64,000 nucleotides of DNA, from the NCBI GenBank assembly GCA_050184455.1, contig JBFXAI010000019.1, positions 19,432 through 83,431 of the forward strand, written 5' to 3'. A program made the position numbers and the translations under genes. Below the pieces are notes generated by a model. That model had not been told where the DNA came from. It ran no database searches and saw only the letters and a program-made list of their open reading frames with translations. Origin of the DNA: Kofleriaceae bacterium. GTDB lineage: Bacteria; Myxococcota_A; Polyangia; Haliangiales; Haliangiaceae. Shown piece after piece: positions 57,875 through 64,000 of the stretch (positions are counted from its first letter, which is position 1; each line of letters begins with the position of its first letter).

Positions 57875-58957
57875 GTGAGCGCGGGCATAGTCCCGCCCAC
57901 CTTGAGCAATCGCGTCGTCGTCTTGGTGGCTCTCGGTCTGATGACCTCGGGCGCGGTTGGCTGCCGCCCGGCGAGCAATAACGACGATGACGACGATACG
58001 GTCGACGCAGGGCCCGACGGTCCGGACGGCGTTGGTTGCACGCCGCTCGCGCCGCGCGAGGTTCCACTCGAGGCGTTCGTAGGTCCCGACGGACTCCAGC
58101 AACGGATGACCTCGCTGATCGATTCGGCGCAGGACACGCTCGACGTCCACATGTACCTATGGACGGTGAAGCCGCTCGCCGAAAAGATCGTTGCCGCCCG
58201 CGAGCGTGGCGTCACCGTGCGCGTCATCCTCGATCCCGACTCACCCGGCAATCAGGCAGTTCGGCCGATCTTCGAGGATGGGGGCGTCGAGGTCCGCGAT
58301 GCCACGGCGCTTTATCCGTTCTCCCACGCGAAGTACCTGATCGTCGACGGCAAGACGGCTGCGATCATGTCGATGAACTTCAACATCGACGCGATGAACA
58401 GCGAGCGTAACTACGGGGTGATCGATCGTGACCCGGAGGATATCGCGGACGCGATCGCGATCTTCGATATGGATTGGGCCGCGGCCGGCGGAGGTCCGCC
58501 AAAGCCGGCCGACTTGTCGTGCACGCGACTGGTCGTCGCGCCGAACAATGCGCGACTGCGCATCCTCGAGCTGATCAACAGCGCCACGTCGACACTCGAG
58601 GTCGAGGCGCTGTACGTGTCGGAGACTACGGTGCGCAATGCGATCGGCGCTGCCGCCGGGCGCGGCGTCTCGGTCCGGGTGATCCTGGAGAGTGATCAGG
58701 ATCAGCCCGACAACGCCGCGGCGGCCATGTTCTTCGAGAACATGCAGATCCCGGTGCACTACGTGACCAACCAGTTCTACCTCCACGCCAAGCTGATCAT
58801 CGCCGACGGCGTGGCGTTCGTCGGATCGGAGAACTTCAGCGTCAGCGGGCTAACCAAGAACCGCGAGCTGGGTGTGATGGTGTTCGAGCCAGAAGCCGCC
58901 GAAGTGATCTCGGATCAATTCGATGCTGACTGGGCGGCGACGCCGGCCGCGCCTTGA
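57875..58957 (+). CDS. phospholipase D-family lipoprotein (two HKD motifs)
   Basis: Lipobox SGAVGC followed by an Asp run. HKD motifs FSHAKYLIVDGKTAAIMSMN and YLHAKLIIADGVAFVGSEN. Confidence 0.8.
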   Translation: MSAGIVPPTLSNRVVVLVALGLMTSGAVGCRPASNNDDDDDTVDAGPDGPDGVGCTPLAPREVPLEAFVGPDGLQQRMTSLIDSAQDTLDVHMYLWTVKPLAEKIVAARERGVTVRVILDPDSPGNQAVRPIFEDGGVEVRDATALYPFSHAKYLIVDGKTAAIMSMNFNIDAMNSERNYGVIDRDPEDIADAIAIFDMDWAAAGGGPPKPADLSCTRLVVAPNNARLRILELINSATSTLEVEALYVSETTVRNAIGAAAGRGVSVRVILESDQDQPDNAAAAMFFENMQIPVHYVTNQFYLHAKLIIADGVAFVGSENFSVSGLTKNRELGVMVFEPEAAEVISDQFDADWAATPAAP

Positions 58958-59026
58958 GATCTCCGGGTAACTGAAACCCACTTGCAATTGGAGCGGGTCG
59001 ATCGGTTCAGGTAGCATCGCGGCACG

Positions 59027-59644
59027 ATGATTCGTACCTCATTGCTCGTTCTGATCTTGGTTGTTGCGGCTTGCTCGAAGAAGGATCCGGGCAAGCCGGC
59101 GTCGACAGGTTCTGCCGCAGGCTCTTCAGAACCGGTCGCGGCAACCGGCTCGGCTGGTTCTGACTCGGCCGGCAGCGGCTCGGCAGATGGCAGCGGCTCG
59201 GCGATGGCAGGCTCCGCGGATGGCTCGGACGGTAGCGGGGCGGCGGCGGGCTCCGGCGATGGCAGCGCGGCCGGCTCCGGCAGCGGCGGTGGCTCGGACT
59301 TCGACAAGATGTCCAAGGAGGACAAGCAGAAGTTCATGCGCGAGAACGTGGTGCCCGCGATGAAGGCGGCGTTTCAGAAGTTCGATGGCAAAGAGTTCGC
59401 GAAGTTCAATTGCAAGACCTGTCACGGCAAGGGCGCCGATACCAAGAAGTTCACGATGCCGAACCCCGATCTTCCCAAGCTCGACTTTGCAGCGCTCAAG
59501 GCAGGCAAAGGCGACCCGAAGATGGTCGAGTTCATGAGCAAGGTCGTGAAGCCCGAGATGGCCAAGATCCTCGGCAAGCCCGAGATGACCGAGACCAACC
59601 ACACCGGCTTCGGTTGCCTCGCGTGTCACGAGATGAAGAAGTAG
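59027..59644 (+). CDS. lipoprotein with two CXXCH motifs (putative c-type dihaem cytochrome)
   Basis: Lipobox LVVAAC. About 70 aa of G/S/A/D low complexity. CKTCH, and CLACH three residues from the C-terminus (a class-II-cytochrome-c-like position). Confidence 0.5.
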   Translation: MIRTSLLVLILVVAACSKKDPGKPASTGSAAGSSEPVAATGSAGSDSAGSGSADGSGSAMAGSADGSDGSGAAAGSGDGSAAGSGSGGGSDFDKMSKEDKQKFMRENVVPAMKAAFQKFDGKEFAKFNCKTCHGKGADTKKFTMPNPDLPKLDFAALKAGKGDPKMVEFMSKVVKPEMAKILGKPEMTETNHTGFGCLACHEMKK

Positions 59645-59688
59645 CGGCCGCCGTCATCGTGCGTTGTCCGCGTTGATGACGCTGCCGC

Positions 59689-60444
59689 TCAGTCCAGATA
59701 CTTCGCGTCGAGCCGCTTGGTCCCGAATCGGTGACGTACGAGCTCTGGCAGCGAGCTCGGTAGCCGCGCCGCATAGCGGGTGAACCCCGGCAGCGTGTGA
59801 AACTGAGCTTCGGCGCGCTGGAATTCGCGATCGTCGCGCAGCGAGCTCTCGCGCAGCGGCGGCGGCGCGAGCGGATCCTTGCGGTAGGCGACGACGTAGT
59901 CGAGTAAGCGTTGGTGATACGCCGGATCCTCGACGGTGGCGGTGATCGTCGCGTGGCGCGGATGGCTGCCATCGATCATCGCGCGGGTCTGGGCTTCGAG
60001 GTTGTCGAGCCCGCGTTCGAACATCTGGAGCAGCTGAAGGTCGTAGATCGGGTTCAAGTGCACCGACTGCAGCAGGTGGCCGACGATCGCCTCTTGATCA
60101 GAATACAGCCCGATCGGATCGAGCATCGAGACCGGATCTTCGACGAATCGGAGGAAGTAGTAGAACCGGAATGGAATCCGCTTGAGCCGGTAGTAGTCCT
60201 TCGCCGCCGGAAGGATCGAGAACCGAAGCATGTCGGCGCCGCCAAACGACAGCTGCCGCCGCGTCGGGATCTGGTCGATCAGCCCGATCTCGTGGAGCCG
60301 GGTGAGCCGCCGGCGCAGCTCCCCGCGGTCGCGCCGGATCGCCAACGTCTTGCGCATCCGGCGCAGCTTGCCGCGCAGCTCCTCGCGGCCACCGAGCGCC
60401 GCACGCAACGCCTTGAGTCGTTCACTCCGCGTCCAAGCGTTCAC
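59689..60444 (-). CDS. hypothetical protein (251 aa), Arg-rich helical N-terminus
   Basis: Uninterrupted ORF with GC3-rich codons. No recognised motif. Confidence 0.5.
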   Translation of the reverse strand: MNAWTRSERLKALRAALGGREELRGKLRRMRKTLAIRRDRGELRRRLTRLHEIGLIDQIPTRRQLSFGGADMLRFSILPAAKDYYRLKRIPFRFYYFLRFVEDPVSMLDPIGLYSDQEAIVGHLLQSVHLNPIYDLQLLQMFERGLDNLEAQTRAMIDGSHPRHATITATVEDPAYHQRLLDYVVAYRKDPLAPPPLRESSLRDDREFQRAEAQFHTLPGFTRYAARLPSSLPELVRHRFGTKRLDAKYLD

Positions 60445-60511
60445 GATGCGACGGTAACGCGAGTCGCTGGTGCGATGGCGCCGAAAATGCGGTGCCGGTC
60501 GCGACCACGAT

Positions 60512-60997
60512 TCACAGCAGCTTGATCCGCTCGATCTCGCTGGATTCCGACCGCGGGATCATGTGGACGCGGCACTTCGCCGGCTCGGCAGGCATCATCG
60601 CGGCAACCCAGACGTGCTTGTTTTGCCAGTAGGCCCGGTTTGCCCGCGTCGCGGTCGGCGCGCCGAACGCATTGCGCAGCCAGCCGTCGAGCTCGGACTC
60701 GACGCACCCGCGAACCTCGAACTGGATCTCGATCAACGGCGCCGATTGCTCGGTGCCGAGGAAGTACAGCGAGACCTCCGCGTTGCGGTCGCCGATCTTG
60801 AATGGCGGTTGCTGGAAACACCAGGTGCCCTTGCGGCCATCGCTGAGGTCGGTCTTTTGGCAGAACGGCGTGTAGTCGACCTTCGCCAGCGTGAACTTGC
60901 CGAACTGCCACTTGCCGATCCCGGTGGGCTCGTTGTCCTTTGGTGCACAGCCGGCGAGCGCGAGCAGCGCGGTCACCACGCACAGGACGCGGGTCAT
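60512..60997 (-). CDS. lipoprotein, unknown function
   Basis: MTRVLCVVTALLALAGC lipobox. 4-nt overlap with the upstream YceI-like gene. Confidence 0.55.
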   Translation of the reverse strand: MTRVLCVVTALLALAGCAPKDNEPTGIGKWQFGKFTLAKVDYTPFCQKTDLSDGRKGTWCFQQPPFKIGDRNAEVSLYFLGTEQSAPLIEIQFEVRGCVESELDGWLRNAFGAPTATRANRAYWQNKHVWVAAMMPAEPAKCRVHMIPRSESSEIERIKLL

Positions 60998-61497
60998 GAC
61001 ACCACCGTTCCGCGCACCGTGACATCGACGGTGACTTCGTCAGCCATCTTGATCATCAAGAATCGCGGCGCCTGCAGGCCGAGGTGCCGAATGTCGAGCT
61101 CGAACGTCGCGGTGGCTTCGACGCGCATGGCGTCCAGCGTGCCACGGCCGGCGAGCTCGAGCACGAGCTCCTTGCCTCGCCAGCGCAGGACACCCTCGGC
61201 GTTCGCGGTGAACTTTGCGCCATCGCGAACCACGTCGCTGACCGAGCGCAGCTCGAACGTGGCGCGCGGATGAGCGTCCATCGCGAAGTCGCTCTTCAGC
61301 TTGCGATTCTTCAACCAGTCGCCGGCATCGAACGCGGTCATATCCACCGTGAAATTGGCTTTCGCGCCGGCGGTCGCCAAGGTCTCGGGATCGACATCGG
61401 CGTCTCCCGTGACCTTGCTCCATACCGTCGTAGTGTCGTGAAGCCGCGACCGAGCTCGAACCGTCAGCGTGCCAGCGTCGATGCGATAGCGCGGCAC
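60994..61497 (-). CDS. YceI-like domain protein
   Basis: FTVDMTAFDAGDWLKNRKLKSDFAMDAHPRATFELRSV resembles the YceI signature (..S.dtg...rd.hl....f.d...yP.a.F). No signal peptide seen. Confidence 0.45.
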   Translation of the reverse strand: MPRYRIDAGTLTVRARSRLHDTTTVWSKVTGDADVDPETLATAGAKANFTVDMTAFDAGDWLKNRKLKSDFAMDAHPRATFELRSVSDVVRDGAKFTANAEGVLRWRGKELVLELAGRGTLDAMRVEATATFELDIRHLGLQAPRFLMIKMADEVTVDVTVRGTVVS

Positions 61498-61507
61498 GAC
61501 CGAACGA

Positions 61508-62275
<768 letters not shown>

Positions 62276-62375
62276 GACAGCCGCGGCGTACGTCCGCGAC
62301 TCAGAAATCATAGGCAACTCAGCGACATCGCGTCAACCGCACGGCCCGCCGGGTTTGCGTCGAGCGGCGGACGAC

Positions 62376-62535
62376 TACCCCCAGAGTCCACTTGTCTTGA
62401 CCCGCCTCGCTGTGCCTCGCGCGCGGTCTCTCGTTGCCGCTCCTCGAGCTACCGCCTGTAGCCCTTCGTCGCGTCGCCTCGACCTCGCGCGAGATCCTTC
62501 GCGATCCCGATCAACCCAAATGAACTCTGGGGGTA
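62376..62535 (+). repeat. 12-bp perfect inverted repeat bracketing 136 nt in the PP2C/cinA intergenic region
   Basis: TACCCCCAGAGT (62376-62387) and ACTCTGGGGGTA (62524-62535). A further 4 bp can pair after a 2-nt bulge. The right arm covers the G-rich putative SD of cinA. Confidence 0.7.
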
Positions 62536-62546
62536 ACGTCGCATCC

Positions 62547-63803
62547 ATGCGCGCCGAGGTGTTGACCATCGGGGATGAGCTATGCCGCGGTGAGATCGTC
62601 GACACGAACTCGTCGTTTCTGGCCGAACAACTGTGGGACCTGGACATCACGACCCGGTGGATGACCAGCTGCTGTGACGACGACGCGGACCTCGCCGCCG
62701 CGTTGTCTCAGGCGGTCGCACGCGCTGACGTGGTGGTCTGTTCTGGCGGCCTCGGACCCACGGAGGATGACCTCACGGTCGAGGTGGTCGCGCGGCTCGC
62801 CGGCCGGGAGGTCGTCATCGACGAGCCCGCTCGCCAGCGAATGGCGGATCGGTTCGCGATCGGAGGGATCGCCGTCACGCCGATCCAGCTGCGGCAGGTA
62901 CGTGTGCCCGCCGGGGCGACTGTACACGGCAACCCGGCGGGGTTGGCGCCCTGTTTCGAGACCACGGTCAACGGAGTGCCCGTGATCTGCTTGCCGGGCG
63001 TACCGCGCGAGCTCCACGCGATCTTCGATTCCGCCCTGCGCGCCCGGCTCGCGGAGCTGCGCGAAGCCGTCGGCGACGTCGAGCGGATCGCGCGCCGGAT
63101 CTATCGCGTGTTCGGCCGGGGCGAATCGCAGATCTCGTCGGCGTGCCGGGGCATCGTTGATGGGGTCACGGGCGCGTCGATCCACTATCAGGTGAAGTTC
63201 CCCGAGACCCTCGTCAAGGTGGTGGTGCGCGATCGCGATCCATCCGCCGCGGCGCAGCGACTCGAGCTCATCGACCGCCAGATCCGCGACCGATTGACCG
63301 GCGTGCTGTACGGCGTCGGTCTCGAGACGCTCGTCGAGCGAACCACGAGGCGGCTGATCGCCGCTGGGCTCACGATCGCGACGGCCGAATCATGCACCGG
63401 TGGCTTGGTGGGCGAGCTGATCACGCGGAGCGCCGGCAGCACGCGGGTCTATCGCGGGGGGGCGATCGCCTACGCGAACGAGGAGAAGGTCCGCCAGCTA
63501 GGTGTGCGGCCCGAGACGCTCGCCTCCGAGGGTGCGGTCAGTGAGGCCACGGTTCGGGAGATGGCGGAGGGGGCGCGGCAGCGGTTCGGCACCGCGTTGG
63601 CGGTGGCGGTCAGTGGTGTCGCGGGGCCCGGCGGCGGGACGCCCGAAAAGCCCGTCGGAACGGTGTGGATCGCACTGGCCGGACCGACGGGGATCACCAC
63701 GAAGAAACTGAGCTGGCCAGGTGCTCGCGATCAGATCCGGACGCTGGCAGCGTGGTGGTCGCTCAAGCTGATCGATGACAGCCTCCCCGGAGATGACCGA
63801 TGA
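62547..63803 (+). CDS. cinA: competence/damage-inducible protein CinA (MoCF-binding N-domain + nicotinamide-nucleotide amidohydrolase PncC C-domain)
   Basis: ATG 62547 (ORF 62274.. trimmed). [35 protein letters not shown]-terminal [12 protein letters not shown]...[23 protein letters not shown]. Confidence 0.9.
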   Translation: MRAEVLTIGDELCRGEIVDTNSSFLAEQLWDLDITTRWMTSCCDDDADLAAALSQAVARADVVVCSGGLGPTEDDLTVEVVARLAGREVVIDEPARQRMADRFAIGGIAVTPIQLRQVRVPAGATVHGNPAGLAPCFETTVNGVPVICLPGVPRELHAIFDSALRARLAELREAVGDVERIARRIYRVFGRGESQISSACRGIVDGVTGASIHYQVKFPETLVKVVVRDRDPSAAAQRLELIDRQIRDRLTGVLYGVGLETLVERTTRRLIAAGLTIATAESCTGGLVGELITRSAGSTRVYRGGAIAYANEEKVRQLGVRPETLASEGAVSEATVREMAEGARQRFGTALAVAVSGVAGPGGGTPEKPVGTVWIALAGPTGITTKKLSWPGARDQIRTLAAWWSLKLIDDSLPGDDR

Positions 63804-64000
63804 CTGATCGACCTACGAACGATGCCCCTCGCGGTGATCGGGCCGAAGATCGCAACGCGCGATTGTTCGTCGGAGCACGGATCTCGATCGCGACGGCCAA
63901 CGCACTCGCGGCGTGTGCGGAGACCCTCGCGCGCCGTGCTCGTGACGCCGGGATCGACGTCCGCTGGGTATCGCCAGCGAGCTATCACGTGACGCTCAAG
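63800..64000 (+). CDS. thpR: RNA 2',3'-cyclic phosphodiesterase (ThpR/LigT), 5' part; runs off the window
   Basis: ATG 63800 overlaps the cinA TGA (ATGA). My own translation gives [29 protein letters not shown]...SYHVTLK, with the first HxTx motif. cinA-thpR adjacency is common. Confidence 0.6.
   Translation, partial: MTDRPTNDAPRGDRAEDRNARLFVGARISIATANALAACAETLARRARDAGIDVRWVSPASYHVTLK

Noticed and set aside
57221-58150. 309-aa minus-strand ORF covering fur and the start of the PLD gene
   Set aside because: It is antisense to the Fur-family gene, which has clear DNA-binding and metal motifs, and to the PLD lipoprotein signal peptide. It has no motifs of its own.

Overview
This is a visibly GC-rich bacterial chromosomal segment (third codon positions are almost all G/C), densely coding on both strands. 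I support about 60 protein genes. I found no rRNA, tRNA, CRISPR array, transposase or integrase. The gene content looks like a myxobacterium-type deltaproteobacterium, but that is inference only: many lipoproteins and secreted TPR proteins, PEGA and beta-barrel outer-membrane proteins, Ser/Thr kinase + PP2C + FHA-GGDEF signalling, a giant thrombospondin-type-3/LTD lipoprotein, and a MoxR-DUF58-transglutaminase triad. Confident housekeeping anchors are pckA, etfBA, prfA, rpmE, rsmB, a 1609-aa NAD-glutamate dehydrogenase, bfd-bfr, xseB-ispA, a Fur-family regulator and cinA-thpR. No single recognisable novel system stands out. The best candidates for a second look are: (1) an 826-bp lower-GC cassette (50821-51662) bounded by a 16-nt imperfect direct repeat, carrying a translationally coupled minimal-nucleotidyltransferase-fold gene and a 76-aa gene; (2) a second lower-GC islet (16083-19052) with a related nucleotidyltransferase-fold gene, an overlapping small upstream ORF and an orphan 594-aa membrane-anchored helical protein; (3) a 724-aa ORF that joins a surface ectodomain with a C-terminal-anchor-like module (TM helix + RRRR) directly to a second signal-peptide-like segment and a beta-barrel; (4) a decayed tandem duplication of the fur translation-initiation region that creates a 30-codon upstream ORF ending inside the fur start; (5) a lipoprotein built of three 33-residue modules with invariant C-x11-C-x7-C-x6-C spacing; (6) a strong Fur box overlapping a sigma-70-like promoter in front of bfd; (7) a 12-bp perfect inverted repeat bracketing 136 nt upstream of cinA. 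All family assignments come from motifs read by eye. No database search was run.
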